NCBI GenBank assembly: GCA_035221665.1
Contig: CM069137.1
Coordinates: 29,946,001 to 30,010,000, forward strand
Reading direction: 5' to 3'
Length of the DNA: 64,000 nucleotides
DNA from: Okamejei kenojei
Lineage: Eukaryota
Part shown: positions 63,406-64,000 of the stretch, one piece after another
Numbering within the stretch: the stretch's first letter is position 1
How the letters are laid out: each line of letters starts with the position of its first letter
Notes under the pieces: generated by a model
The model's database searches: none
What the model was told of the DNA's origin: nothing
What the model saw: the letters and a program-made list of their open reading frames with translations, nothing else
Program-made: the position numbers and the translations under genes

Positions 63406-63722
63406 GGGGTGGCATGGTGACACAGCAGTAGAATTGCTGCCTTACAGCACCAGAGACCCGGGTTTGATCCTGACTAAGGGTGTTGTCTGTACAAAGTTTT
63501 ACATTCTTCACATGGCCACATTGGGTTTTCTATGGGTGCTCTGGTTTGCACCCATAAAGAAGTACAGAATTTGTAGGTTAATTGGCTTTGGAAAAATTGT
63601 ACATTTTCCGTAGTGTGTAGGAGAGCTTTAAGGTACAGGGTGATTGTTGGTTAACGCGGACTCGGTGGGCCGAATGGCCTTTTTCCACACTGTACCTCTA
63701 AAGTAAACTAAACTAAAACTAA
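63406..63722 (+). mobile_element. HE1-like tRNA-derived V-SINE, full length
   Basis: A box-like ggtgacacagcagtaga, B box ggtttgatcc, V-domain-like centre, CR1-type tail gggccgaatggcc and (aaact)n. Confidence 0.87.
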
Positions 63723-63835
63723 GGAGTTAGTAAAGAAGTATGACCTATCTCAGAAGGACCACAGAAATAAATTGCATGGGCAATGTGGAGTGATAAGTCA
63801 AGAAGTGAATGCCTGCATTAGGGCAGCCACGAGAG

Positions 63836-64000
63836 ATAGTAAGATTAAATGAGAACTTACCAGTTCGAAGTTTGATCATTATTTTATGAGGAGTAACGAT
63901 GAGGGATTACGTGAAGAAGCCCGCCTGGCGCTAGAACGGCATACTTCAAAGCAGCGGCATGAAAAACACAGAACACAATAGCCGGAGTAAGATAGTAAGG
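63836..64000. mobile_element. Possible DIRS-type tyrosine-recombinase retroelement terminal region, runs off window
   Basis: aagattaaatgagaacttaccagttcgaagtttgatc..ttttatgagg resembles DIRS terminal repeats as I recall them; no coding sequence in the window. Confidence 0.35.

Noticed and set aside
63406-63480. tRNA-like A/B boxes
   Set aside because: SINE head; no cloverleaf and it continues into the SINE body.

Overview
Eukaryotic, repeat-rich vertebrate DNA, most likely a cartilaginous fish such as a skate or ray. That call rests on HE1/V-SINE-like SINEs, CR1/HER1-type LINEs and abundant Penelope pLTR remnants. The only host gene is on the + strand: eight phase-consistent GT-AG exons (10871-37331, 2202 nt spliced, about 733 codons, no stops) of a von Willebrand factor D and EGF domain-containing (VWDE-family) gene. 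Its first and last exons lie outside the window. Everything else is intronic and packed with mobile elements: an L1 5' half, a near full-length CR1, many CR1 and Rex1/Babar fragments, a HERO-clade RLE retrotransposon split by a CR1, SINEs, hAT/Harbinger MITEs, a foldback element and more than 15 Penelope-derived repeats. The most striking signal is RNA-structural. The HERO 3' UTR (minus strand, 42592-42656) holds all hammerhead ribozyme core boxes and three stems, but in a non-circularly permuted (pseudoknotted) order. The Penelope remnants carry minimal type I hammerhead motifs, often in palindromic MITE-like units whose inversion point falls at the ribozyme. All structure and family calls were made by eye and are untested.
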